Shown: one piece after another, positions 36,496 through 45,670 of the stretch
Numbering within the stretch: the first letter of the stretch is position 1
How the letters are laid out: each line of letters begins with the position of its first letter
Source of the DNA: an uncultured virus (IMG/VR IMGVR_UViG_3300037851_001367)
Taxonomy: Duplodnaviria; Heunggongvirae; Uroviricota; Caudoviricetes
Reading direction: 5' to 3' (one strand)
DNA length: 64,000 bases
Virus record (IMG/VR): IMGVR_UViG_3300037851_001367
Translations under genes and position numbers: made by a program
Notes under the pieces: generated by a model
The model's input: only the letters and a program-made list of their open reading frames with translations
Database searches by the model: none
What the model was told of the DNA's origin: nothing

Positions 36496-36972
36496 ATGAA
36501 GAAGGCGATCCTTAGCGAACGGCAGACGGTGGCGCTCATGAACCTTGGGCGCGCGGTCGACGAAGCACTTACCGAGTTCCCCGGCCGGAGCGCCGCCGAC
36601 GTCTCGTCGGCCGCCCATCAGGCGTACGCGTCGATGCTCGGACTTGCCGCCCCGGCGGCGAAGCCTGCGAAGGTCGCCCCGCGCAAGCGCGCGAAGGCCA
36701 GGAAGGTGAAGGCCAAGTCCGCGCAGACCAAGGCCAGCTCAACCCCGCCCAAGTCGGACAAGGTCGTCAGGATCATGGGCGTCCTCCAGAAGGCCAAGGC
36801 TCCGATGCCGGCAAGCGAGATCGCCGAGAAGCTCAACATCCCCGGGCAGGGTCTGGGCCCCGTCCTGAACATGCTCCACGACCAAGGTGACGTCACGAAG
36901 AAAGAGAAGGACGGCGTCAAGCTGTGGGGTCCGAAACTGAACGGCAAGGCGACGCACATCAGCGTGAACTAG
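36496..36972 (+). CDS. winged-helix DNA-binding protein with Lys/Ala/Pro-rich linker
   Basis: IMGVLQKAKAPMPASEIAEKLNIPGQGLGPVLNMLHDQGDVTKKEKDGVKLW. Confidence 0.75.
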   Translation: MKKAILSERQTVALMNLGRAVDEALTEFPGRSAADVSSAAHQAYASMLGLAAPAAKPAKVAPRKRAKARKVKAKSAQTKASSTPPKSDKVVRIMGVLQKAKAPMPASEIAEKLNIPGQGLGPVLNMLHDQGDVTKKEKDGVKLWGPKLNGKATHISVN

Positions 36973-36990
36973 GCCGCTGTACCGTCCCGA

Positions 36991-37974
36991 GTGCAGCTTC
37001 GCGGACAGGAATGGGCTCCCGTCTTCAACGCGTCGGGAGCCCGCGGCTTCTTCGGCGAGGGCTACTGGTTCCATAAACCCTGGTGGCCGCTCGGACTCCG
37101 CTGGTCCGGCTCTGAGTTCGTCGCCAAGACGACCACCCTCCTTCGCCGTCCGGGCAACATGCCGCTCACGAACCGGCACACGCCCGCGGAGCTGTATCCG
37201 AAGTGCATCGTGGTCAAGCCCCTGAAGGGCGTGACGCTGAACTCCGTGGGCCTGTCCGGCCCCGGGGCGGAGGCGCTCTTCGCGAAGTGGCGCGAGCTCT
37301 GGAAACAGCGCAAGGTCAAGCGCGGCTTCATCTCCTTCATGCCGGTGCAGAGCACGCCGGAGGGCAGGCTCGCTGAGACGGAGGGCTTCGCCAAGCTCTT
37401 CCATGAGTTCTGCCTGCAGGCGGGCATGCTCTTCGTCGGCCTTCAGGTGAACTTCTCCTGCCCGAACGTGAGTTTGCCCACGAAGGACCTCGTGAAGGAG
37501 GTCGGTGCGATACTCGGGGCCTTCCGTGAGTCGAACGTCGCCGGGGTCCCGGTCATCGCCAAATTCTCCGCCGCGACCCCGGTGGAGGGGGTTGTCGAGG
37601 CGGCGATGCAGTCACGGGACTGCGACGGGATTTCCGTTTCCAACACTATCCCGTGGGGTAAGCTCCCCCATGCCATACCCTGGCGCGATCTATTTGGTAC
37701 GTCCGAGTCACCCCTGGCACATATTGGCGGAGGCGGCCTGTCCGGTAAGCCGCTCCTGCCGATCGTGCGCGACTGGATACTCGACGCCCGGAAGATGGGC
37801 CTGTCGAAGGTGATCGTCGGCGGAGGCGGGGTTCTTTCGCAGCACGACGCCGACTGCCTTCTCGACGTCGGCGCCGACGCGATCGAGGTTGGGTCGGCCG
37901 CCATTCTCAGGCCGTGGCGGGTTCACGGGATCATCAAGCACGTGCTTATGAGGACAGGATGGAAGGATCGCTGA
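36991..37974 (+). CDS. pyrD: dihydroorotate dehydrogenase-like protein (class 1 type, catalytic Cys)
   Basis: NASG, KTTT, NSVGLSGPG, NFSCPNV, VSNT, GGLSG, GGGGV, GADAIEVGSA. Confidence 0.85.
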   Translation: MQLRGQEWAPVFNASGARGFFGEGYWFHKPWWPLGLRWSGSEFVAKTTTLLRRPGNMPLTNRHTPAELYPKCIVVKPLKGVTLNSVGLSGPGAEALFAKWRELWKQRKVKRGFISFMPVQSTPEGRLAETEGFAKLFHEFCLQAGMLFVGLQVNFSCPNVSLPTKDLVKEVGAILGAFRESNVAGVPVIAKFSAATPVEGVVEAAMQSRDCDGISVSNTIPWGKLPHAIPWRDLFGTSESPLAHIGGGGLSGKPLLPIVRDWILDARKMGLSKVIVGGGGVLSQHDADCLLDVGADAIEVGSAAILRPWRVHGIIKHVLMRTGWKDR

Positions 37975-38987
37975 CAATCACGGCCCCCGACGACATGCAC
38001 GTCCACCTTCGGGACGGGGATATGTTGAAGCTCGTCTGCCGGCAGACGAGTGCCACGTTCCGCCGGGCCCTGGTCATGCCGAACCTGACCCCGCCCGTCC
38101 GCGTCGGGTTCGACGTCGCGTCCTACCGCGAGAGGATCATGGCCGCGCACGGAACCGAGCGCGAGCCGTTCACGCCGCTGATGACGTTCAAGGTGATGCC
38201 GGGGATGACGCCTGCCGAAGTGCAGACCTGCGTCGCCGCGGGCGCGGTTGCCGGCAAGCTCTATCCGGAAGGCGTGACCACGAACTCGCAGGACGGCGTG
38301 CGCGACGTCGAGGCGTCCTACCCGGTGTTCGCCGAGCTCGAAAAGCTCAACGCCGTCCTCTGCCTGCACGGCGAGACGCCGGGTGTGTTCTGCATGGACC
38401 GCGAGAAGGCCTTCCTCAAGGACCTCAAGCGAATCGTCGAGACCTTTCCGAAGTTGCGCGTCGTGCTGGAGCACGTCACGACTGGTGACGCCGTCCGGGC
38501 GGTCCTGGAAGGGCCGGACACGCTCGCCGCGACCATCACCGTGCACCACCTCGTGACGACCCTTGACGACGTCGTCGGCGGAATGCTCAATCCGCACAAC
38601 TTCTGCAAGCCCATCGCGAAGAGGCCCGAGGACATGTGGGCCCTCCGGCATGCCGTGTTCGACGGCTCACCCAAGTTCTTCCTCGGCACGGACTCGGCCC
38701 CGCACTCCGTGGAGGCCAAGCACTGCGCCTCGGGGTGCGCGGGCGTCTTCTCTGCGCCGTGCGCGATGGAGACCCTCATCGAGGTGTTCGAGGACGCCGA
38801 GGTGAACGAGTTGTGCCTGGAGGCCTTCACCTCCGTCAACGGCGCTCGCTTCTACGGCCTGGAGCGCAACTCGGAGAAGGTCCGCTACATACGCGAGTCG
38901 TGGCGGGTCCCGGACACGCTCGGCGGGCGGGTGGTACCCTTCCGCGCCGGCCAGGAGGTTCGCTGGAGGCCAGACTACGACAGGTAG
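37959..38987 (+). CDS. pyrC: dihydroorotase (E. coli-like type II)
   Basis: DDMHVHLRDG, VMPNL, KLYP.GVTTNS, LHGE, LEHVTT, FCKPIAK, FLGTDSAPH. Confidence 0.95.
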   Translation: MEGSLTITAPDDMHVHLRDGDMLKLVCRQTSATFRRALVMPNLTPPVRVGFDVASYRERIMAAHGTEREPFTPLMTFKVMPGMTPAEVQTCVAAGAVAGKLYPEGVTTNSQDGVRDVEASYPVFAELEKLNAVLCLHGETPGVFCMDREKAFLKDLKRIVETFPKLRVVLEHVTTGDAVRAVLEGPDTLAATITVHHLVTTLDDVVGGMLNPHNFCKPIAKRPEDMWALRHAVFDGSPKFFLGTDSAPHSVEAKHCASGCAGVFSAPCAMETLIEVFEDAEVNELCLEAFTSVNGARFYGLERNSEKVRYIRESWRVPDTLGGRVVPFRAGQEVRWRPDYDR

Positions 38988-39026
38988 CGCGTCCGTAAGT
39001 CCGCGGTCCCAGCTGTAGAAGTTAAC

Positions 39027-40073
39027 ATGGGGCCGGGATCGGTCGCTCACTTCACGGACGGACAGAAGGCCCACACCGGGCTCGTCCTCGACGTGTCCGA
39101 GGACGGCGATGCTTGGGCTTTGTTCCTGACGTCCAACCCCCGGTGGAACAAGCGGTGCCGGGCCGTGACCACTGACGAGCTGAGCCTCTTCGGCTTCTCG
39201 AAAAAGGATGAGGTACAGACCTACTTCGCGCCGGTCGTCCGTCCCGCCCAGGACGCACACCACTCGAAGCTCTCGTTCCCCGGCCACCGCGTCTCGGAGC
39301 TGGTGGAGGAGTTCGGACCGTCGCCGTTCCTTCCGCCCGTCATCAGCCTGCCCGCCGAGATATTCCCTCCGGTCCGCGAGCGCTGGTCCTCCTTTTCCAC
39401 GGTCCCGCTTTCCCACTATATTGATTCGGGCATCGACAAGCTCGGCGGCCTGGAGGGTTGGACTCAGGCGGACGGCGAGAGGCTCGGCCGGGTCGCCTGG
39501 GGGCTGGACGACATGCCCCGGTCCGAGCTCATCGAGTTGTGCTCTCTTCTCCCCGGACTGCCTCGCTTCTTCACCCGCCGTTCCTCAATCACGCTGAGCC
39601 TCCAGACCCGGTGGTCCGCGACGGGCGCCGTCCTGGCCGAGTATAGGGAGAGGCGCAACGTTCCGGCCGGGCTTATGGCCCGTCGCATGGGCGTGACCGA
39701 CCGTGAATACCGAGGGTTCGAGAACGGCCTGCTCTGTCCGTCGTACGACGAGATGCTCACCATCCAGGCGCTCCTGCCCGGCATTCCGGACTCGTGGACC
39801 CTCCCCACGTCCGTACCCCTGCTCGCCGACTGCATCGTCCTCCAGGCCCGCAAGCGCAACTGGGTACTCAACAGCGTGGCGTCCCGGCTCCGAATCCCGC
39901 TTCACCGCATCGAGGAGGTCGTCCGCGACGGCCTTCGTCCCACCGACCACGACATGAAGAAGCTCCGGACCCTGTTCACGGACCTTCCGCCTTGGCGCCC
40001 TCCGTACAAGGCGCTGGACGGGCTCTGCGGGTTCGAGGAAAGCCGCGATTCCGAGCGTAATCTGCCGGAATGA
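39027..40073 (+). CDS. multi-HTH (XRE-like) protein
   Basis: LAEYRERRNVPAGLMARRMGVTDREYRGFENG...P and related repeats. Confidence 0.65.
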   Translation: MGPGSVAHFTDGQKAHTGLVLDVSEDGDAWALFLTSNPRWNKRCRAVTTDELSLFGFSKKDEVQTYFAPVVRPAQDAHHSKLSFPGHRVSELVEEFGPSPFLPPVISLPAEIFPPVRERWSSFSTVPLSHYIDSGIDKLGGLEGWTQADGERLGRVAWGLDDMPRSELIELCSLLPGLPRFFTRRSSITLSLQTRWSATGAVLAEYRERRNVPAGLMARRMGVTDREYRGFENGLLCPSYDEMLTIQALLPGIPDSWTLPTSVPLLADCIVLQARKRNWVLNSVASRLRIPLHRIEEVVRDGLRPTDHDMKKLRTLFTDLPPWRPPYKALDGLCGFEESRDSERNLPE

Positions 40074-41386
40074 TCCCCCGATACTCTCCGAAGGACGTCG
40101 CCGCAGTCTGGACCGACGAGCACAAGTACGGCCTCTGGCTCCGCGTGGAGCTCTCGATGATGCGCGCGCTGGAGAAGGACGGCCAGGTCCCGGCCGGTAC
40201 TGCCGATGTCGTCGAGGCTAAGGTGAAGGTCGACCCCGCGGCCGTCGCCGAGCTGGAGCGCGAGATCAAGCACGACGTCCTCGCGTTCGTCACGCACCTC
40301 GAACGTCAGTGCGGCCCGGAGGGGAAGTGGATCCACTACGGCCTGACGTCAAGCGACGTGACCTGCACCACCACGGCCATGCAGATCATCCAGTCCTGGG
40401 AGCTCATCCAGCCCCGCGCGGTCGCCCTCAGTGACGCCCTGACCGCCCAGGCTGTCAAGCACCACGACACCCTCATGATCGGCCGGACGCACGGGGTCCA
40501 CGCGGAGCCCACGACCTTCGGACACGTGCTGGCGAACCACGTCGAGGAGGTCGTCCGGCGCACGAACCGCGTCGTCGGGGCCTTCCTTCAGGCCGGCACT
40601 GGGAAGGCGTCCGGCGCGGTCGGCGTCCGTCCGTTCTTCAGCAAGGAGGTCGAGCTCGACCATCTCAACTCCCTCGGCCTTAGGGCGGAGCAGTTCGCAA
40701 GCCAGGTCGTCACCCGGGACCGGCACGCCGAGCTCATCTCCGCCCTGGCGCTCCTCGCCACCTCCGTGGAGCGCCTTGCCGTCAACGTCCGCCACTGGCA
40801 CAGGACAGAGGTCGGCGAGGCCATGGAAGCGTTCGGCGGATCCCAGCGGGGGTCCTCGGCGATGCCACACAAGCAAAACCCGATCACGTGCGAGAACATC
40901 TGCGGGCTCGCCCGCCTCCTCCGCTCGTACGTCAGCGCAGCGATGGAGGACATGGTCCTCTGGCACGAGCGGGATATTTCCCACAGCTCTGTCGAGCGCG
41001 TCATCCTTCCGGACGCGATGTGCCTGACGGCCCAGCTCCTGGACTCTGCGAAGTCGGTCGTCGAAGGGTTGCGGGTCGATTCGGACAGGATGCTCAAGAA
41101 CATCAACGCCAACGGCGGCTCATGCCTCTCGGGCCACGTCCTGCTCTTCCTCATCCGGAAGGGCCTCTCCCGTGAGCAGGCCTACCTTGTCGTCCGCCGT
41201 GCGGCGAACACCGCGCGAACTCTGCCGAGCCATGCGGGCGCGCACTTTCTGCAAGGCCTCATGGCCGAGGAGCTCGTTCAGCAGGTCACCAACGAACGGG
41301 AGCTCTCAGAAGTCATCTCCTACGCGCCTTCAGTGAAGGCGGCGTCGGAGTCCGTGACGCGCGCATACGGGCAGCCGAAGCAATGA
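40070..41386 (+). CDS. purB: adenylosuccinate lyase
   Basis: MIPRYS, KHDV, IHYGLTSSD, GRTHGVHAEPTTFG, GSSAMPHKQNP, HERDISHSSVER. Confidence 0.95.
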   Translation: MIPRYSPKDVAAVWTDEHKYGLWLRVELSMMRALEKDGQVPAGTADVVEAKVKVDPAAVAELEREIKHDVLAFVTHLERQCGPEGKWIHYGLTSSDVTCTTTAMQIIQSWELIQPRAVALSDALTAQAVKHHDTLMIGRTHGVHAEPTTFGHVLANHVEEVVRRTNRVVGAFLQAGTGKASGAVGVRPFFSKEVELDHLNSLGLRAEQFASQVVTRDRHAELISALALLATSVERLAVNVRHWHRTEVGEAMEAFGGSQRGSSAMPHKQNPITCENICGLARLLRSYVSAAMEDMVLWHERDISHSSVERVILPDAMCLTAQLLDSAKSVVEGLRVDSDRMLKNINANGGSCLSGHVLLFLIRKGLSREQAYLVVRRAANTARTLPSHAGAHFLQGLMAEELVQQVTNERELSEVISYAPSVKAASESVTRAYGQPKQ

Positions 41387-41754
41387 GGTGGTTTGGCGAG
41401 AAGTGGAAGGGCGAAGTCTGCGAGAAGTTCGGCAGCGAGCAGACGCCCTCGGGAGAGCGGTGCCTCTTCTGCGCCGAGCCCGTCGAGGCGGACGATCGAG
41501 GCTTCATCTTCGACGACGGTCGGTGCTGCCACAAGAAATGCCTCTCCCGCGCCGTCGTCGGCCGGACCTGGGTCGACCACGTCTGGACTTCGAAGATGCA
41601 CTCGCTCTGGAACCGCGGCTGGACATGCTCCCGGTGCGGGACCGTGGTGTTCGAGGACCCGGACACGAAGGACGGGAAGGAGAAGAACCGTCGCGACCGC
41701 GGCGTGACGGACGACTGCGCCGGCCACCTGGTCGACGCGATCAGTAAGCTCTGA
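41383..41754 (+). CDS. two-finger Zn-binding protein with C-terminal tag (CAGHLVDAISKL)
   Basis: N-half resembles 27788-28012; C-half HVW...CSRCG...C-tag. Confidence 0.75.
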   Translation: MRWFGEKWKGEVCEKFGSEQTPSGERCLFCAEPVEADDRGFIFDDGRCCHKKCLSRAVVGRTWVDHVWTSKMHSLWNRGWTCSRCGTVVFEDPDTKDGKEKNRRDRGVTDDCAGHLVDAISKL

Positions 41755-41776
41755 TCCGCTCGGTGTACCGATCGCC

Positions 41777-42583
41777 GTGGGACGCACGATTGCGATAGGC
41801 GACGTTCACGGCTGTATCGAGGAGCTTATCGAGTTGCTCGACAAGCTGCAGCTCGACTCCAGCGACCGGCTGGTCTTCGTCGGCGACCTCGTCGACCGAG
41901 GGCCGGATCCCGTGCGCGTCGTGCGTTTCGTCCGGCGCCTGCTCGCCGCGCGCCCGAACACCGTCGTGCTGAAGGGGAACCACGAGGACAAGCTGTGCAA
42001 ATGGCGCCTTCGTGAGGCGCAGCGGCTCGCCACCGGCCGCGAGAACAAAATGAGGAAGCCGGATGACGTTCGGCGCGCCCAGTGGGAAGCCCTCAGCGAG
42101 GAGGAAGTCGAATGGCTTCGCTCCCTCCCCGTCTACGCCGTCCTCGACGACAACTGGGTGGCCGTTCACGCGGGCCTCGTCCCTGGCGTCCCTCTCGAAG
42201 AGCAGGAGGCGGACAAGGTCATGCGAGTCCGCACGCTCGACCCGGTGACGATGAAGGTCGGCCAGCGGACGGACGAGCAGGAGCCCCTTGAAGACCCGCC
42301 GGGAACGGTCTTTTGGGCAAGCCTGTGGAAGGGTCCGTACAGTGTCGTCTACGGGCACGCCGTCAACAAGGGACCCTCGCACGGCAAGCCTGTTTGCCTG
42401 GAACTCCCTCTCGTCAACCGCGGCTGGTCGGACTTGAACGAGATGATCGCCTGTCTCGGCATCGACACTGGGTGCTGCTTCGGCGGAAGGCTCACCGCCG
42501 CCACGCTCGGACGGAACGGTTCGGCTCAGATTACGCAAGTTCAGTCTCGGGGACAGTACGCCGTGCTCGGGCAGACGAGGTAA
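41777..42583 (+). CDS. metallophosphoesterase (PPP Ser/Thr phosphatase / ApaH-PrpE-like)
   Basis: GDVHG, GDLVDRGP, GNHE, VHAG, YGH, IDTGCCFGGRLTA. Confidence 0.9.
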   Translation: MGRTIAIGDVHGCIEELIELLDKLQLDSSDRLVFVGDLVDRGPDPVRVVRFVRRLLAARPNTVVLKGNHEDKLCKWRLREAQRLATGRENKMRKPDDVRRAQWEALSEEEVEWLRSLPVYAVLDDNWVAVHAGLVPGVPLEEQEADKVMRVRTLDPVTMKVGQRTDEQEPLEDPPGTVFWASLWKGPYSVVYGHAVNKGPSHGKPVCLELPLVNRGWSDLNEMIACLGIDTGCCFGGRLTAATLGRNGSAQITQVQSRGQYAVLGQTR

Positions 42584-42586
42584 GAA

Positions 42587-43567
42587 ATGGCATCGTTTGG
42601 AGGCGGAAGGCCGCCGAAGTTCGACCCTAAGGACATGCCCGTCAAGGAGGTCGAGTTCGTCGAGACGGAGTTCGGCTTGGACTCCGAGACTTACTGCAGG
42701 ATCAAATCCCACGTCTGGTCCGAGGTCTCCCAGAAGGCCAAGGAGGACGGCTGGGCCCAGGCCCGCGAGGAGGCCAAGAAGTCCATCAAGCAGGAGCTTC
42801 GCGAAGAGCTGACGAAGGAGCTGATGCCGGACCTCGTGGCCAAGGCGGAGGCGAAGGCTCTGGACCAAGCGGTCAAGAAGGCCAAGGAGGAGCTGGAACC
42901 GAAGCTCCGCACCGAGGCCGTCGAGAGGTTCAAGGAGGACTGGAAGAAGGAGGTCCTTACGGACGACGACCGAAAGGCGTTCGCCGCGGCCCTCCGCGAC
43001 ATTGAGGTCGAAAGCCTCACGTACGCGACTTCTGCGTCGAAGGAGGCCGACGAGCACGGGACCGGCTTTCACTGGTCGAAGAGAGTCCGCCACGCCCTCC
43101 TGGCGGCGGCCCTCATAGGGCTTGGGCCCTATGCCCTCTGGCTAGTTGGCACCCGCGACTGGCACTCGGTCACCTTCTGGCTCGCCGCCCTCCCCTACAT
43201 CGTCGTGCTGTCGTACTGCGCGACGATGGCCTACCTGGCCCCGTCGAACGTGGACAAGTATGGCGACAGGAAGAAGACGACCGCGGACCAGCTTCGCAAG
43301 CTGTCGTCGGATTATCTTCAGATCGTCTCTCAGGCGAGGCTCGTCCGCCACCTTCACCTGGCCACGAAGATACGAAGGGACGTGCAGGCGGAGTTCGACT
43401 CCCTCGCCAAGCGGAAGGTCGCGCTCGACGAGCAGTACCAGCCGTCGGTTGACCTCGTGGAGGGCGTCAAGCCTCAGGTGAAGCTCCGCCTCTCCGAGGA
43501 GATCGACCCCGAGAAGATCTACGCCGAAGAGTTCGAGGAGCAGCTCAAGGGAAAGCGGGCCTCATGA
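42587..43567 (+). CDS. coiled-coil protein with two transmembrane helices
   Basis: E/K-rich helix followed by two hydrophobic segments. Confidence 0.8.
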   Translation: MASFGGGRPPKFDPKDMPVKEVEFVETEFGLDSETYCRIKSHVWSEVSQKAKEDGWAQAREEAKKSIKQELREELTKELMPDLVAKAEAKALDQAVKKAKEELEPKLRTEAVERFKEDWKKEVLTDDDRKAFAAALRDIEVESLTYATSASKEADEHGTGFHWSKRVRHALLAAALIGLGPYALWLVGTRDWHSVTFWLAALPYIVVLSYCATMAYLAPSNVDKYGDRKKTTADQLRKLSSDYLQIVSQARLVRHLHLATKIRRDVQAEFDSLAKRKVALDEQYQPSVDLVEGVKPQVKLRLSEEIDPEKIYAEEFEEQLKGKRAS

Positions 43568-43980
43568 GTGACGAGAACTCCAAGAAGGCCTCAGCGTTTA
43601 TCGAGAAGCTGTTTTCGGGCTTTCCGGACTACCAGCGGCGTCGGCTCATGCAGTCGCACTGCCTCCAGTCTCCGGAGGAGAAGAAAGCGCGGGTCAAGCT
43701 TGTACAGGAGCTTTCGGCGGAGCTCGCCGAGATTCGCAAGACAGAGCGCTTCATCCTTTTCGGCGAGACTGCCATCGAGGCGGTCATAGAAGGCGACTGG
43801 AAGCAAGTCGCCGACGTGATGGGGTGGCTTACGTTCAAGGACGAGCCGCTCGAATCAATGCAGCAGCAGGCTCCGAAGTGGGAGAAGTTTCGCCGCCTGC
43901 TCAGGATCGCGTGCGTCGAGGCGCGCCACCGCCAGGAGCTGGAGGCCCAGCTCTACCTCGGGAGGAAGGGAGGCGACTAA
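43564..43980 (+). CDS. hypothetical protein
   Basis: 138-aa ORF. Confidence 0.7.
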   Translation: MSDENSKKASAFIEKLFSGFPDYQRRRLMQSHCLQSPEEKKARVKLVQELSAELAEIRKTERFILFGETAIEAVIEGDWKQVADVMGWLTFKDEPLESMQQQAPKWEKFRRLLRIACVEARHRQELEAQLYLGRKGGD

Positions 43981-44252
43981 TGAGCATTCCGCACAAAGGC
44001 AGCAGGTTGGTCGACGTGGACGGCAAGCCATACCGGTTTCTCGTCAAGGAGACCCATGTCCCTGATCATCACGACCAGAAGGAGCTCTCAGTCACCATCC
44101 AGGAGGAGGCGGACAAGCCGGGCCGGCCTCTGCAGTTTCGGTGGCCATATGGCCACGCGGTGACGCCCGAGGACGTGCGGACTGCCGTCCGGGACGCCGT
44201 GAAGAAGGGCTGGGACCCCGCCTCTCGCGGAGGGGTGTTCCTGCTCAGTTAG
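43980..44252 (+). CDS. hypothetical protein
   Basis: [20 protein letters not shown]...GWDP; TAATG overlap. Confidence 0.7.
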   Translation: MSIPHKGSRLVDVDGKPYRFLVKETHVPDHHDQKELSVTIQEEADKPGRPLQFRWPYGHAVTPEDVRTAVRDAVKKGWDPASRGGVFLLS

Positions 44253-45355
44253 CCGAACGGGTATTCGAAGACGCCCTGATGGCTAAACTTCAACACCCGC
44301 CGTGCGCTCGGTGGGACGGACACAGTGCTGATACCGCCGTTCGAGATGGTGATGGCGACGGTCGTGGAGAGGTTCTGCACCAGACGCATGTACGTCTTGT
44401 TGACCGCGACCGCGGGGTAGACCTGCGTCCCGGAAGAGGACGCACTGAAGACCTGGCTCAAGGCCGCCGCCTCCGACTCGCTCAGGACGGAGCCTCCAGC
44501 CCCGTTGATCGTCACCTCTCCGACGACCTCACCGGCGGGCCCTACGGAGCCGGTCGGGCCTGCAGCTCCCGTCGGGCCAGGAGGTCCGACGGGTCCGGTC
44601 GGACCCGGGATTCCGGCGCCGGTCGGACCGAGCGCGCCGGTCGGCCCCTGGGGACCCTGAAGGCCGGTGGCCCCCTGCGGCCCTACGGCGCCGGTGAAGC
44701 CCCGCGGCCCCGTCTGCCCTGGTGACCCCTGCGGACCTTGAACGCCGGTCGCTCCGCGGGGCCCCGTGGGCCCGAACGGCCCCGTAGGTCCGGTGGCGCC
44801 CACCGGGCCCGTAGGCCCTCCGAACGGTCCCGTAACGCCAGGAGAACCCTGCACTCCCTGAGGGCCGGCCGGGCCGATCGGCCCCTGGTTGCCCGGAGGT
44901 CCTGCAGGCCCTGTCGGACCGGTCGTCCCCGGCGGCCCTGTTGTGATCGGCCCCCTTGGCCCGGGCGATCCGATCGGTCCTTGCGGCCCTATTGGCCCGG
45001 TGGGACCTGGCGACCCGACCGGCCCGCGCGGACCAGGTCCGCCGATGGGTCCCGTGGGTCCGGGCGGCCCTTGGAACTGGCCGAGCGGGTTCGTGTTCCG
45101 CTTCACGAACCGCATGAAGAAGGAGTAGGTGAGGTTGCCGGTGACGGCCGCCTGCTGCCCCTCAGCCCTCGTCATGAGGAGCTGGGTTATCTCGAAGTCC
45201 GCGCTCAGCGCGAGCTGGCGGTAGACGTCCGAGATCAGCTTGTTCAGCTCAAGGACCGGGTTCGTGAGCGAGACGTCCGATATGAGGACGACGCTCGCCT
45301 GCACGACGTCCGGACTGGATGTCGGCTGGCGTACGGCTTCAACGGACGTCGTCAT
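44249..45355 (-). CDS. collagen-like protein (probable virion fibre)
   Basis: about 60 G-X-Y triplets; N-terminal domain related to 56754-57611. Confidence 0.85.
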   Translation of the reverse strand: MTTSVEAVRQPTSSPDVVQASVVLISDVSLTNPVLELNKLISDVYRQLALSADFEITQLLMTRAEGQQAAVTGNLTYSFFMRFVKRNTNPLGQFQGPPGPTGPIGGPGPRGPVGSPGPTGPIGPQGPIGSPGPRGPITTGPPGTTGPTGPAGPPGNQGPIGPAGPQGVQGSPGVTGPFGGPTGPVGATGPTGPFGPTGPRGATGVQGPQGSPGQTGPRGFTGAVGPQGATGLQGPQGPTGALGPTGAGIPGPTGPVGPPGPTGAAGPTGSVGPAGEVVGEVTINGAGGSVLSESEAAALSQVFSASSSGTQVYPAVAVNKTYMRLVQNLSTTVAITISNGGISTVSVPPSARRVLKFSHQGVFEYPFG

Positions 45356-45385
45356 GCTTCGACCGGCGCATAAAAGGGTGTCTGG

Positions 45386-45664
45386 TCACACCGTACGCAT
45401 CAGCGAGACACGCGTCGCCGTGACGTTCGTGACCGGATTGAGCGTGGGAGGCTTCCCGTTCATGTCGCCGTACGACATCCAGTACACGTATTGCTCCTCG
45501 ACGGTGTCCCACGCCCGCATCTTGAACGCGCAGCCCGGGGACGCCCCGGGCGCGTGGTAAAGGCTGTTCGAGCTCTGCAGCTCGCCAATGCCCTGGCTCA
45601 CGGAGATGCCCTGGTCGGCGCTCACCAGAGTGTTGGATGTTGTGGATACGACTGCGTTCGGCAT
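45386..45664 (-). CDS. small protein, family S
   Basis: FKMRAWDT...QYVYWMSYGD shared with 48319-48720. Confidence 0.75.
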   Translation of the reverse strand: MPNAVVSTTSNTLVSADQGISVSQGIGELQSSNSLYHAPGASPGCAFKMRAWDTVEEQYVYWMSYGDMNGKPPTLNPVTNVTATRVSLMRTV

Positions 45665-45670
45665 CTTCCC

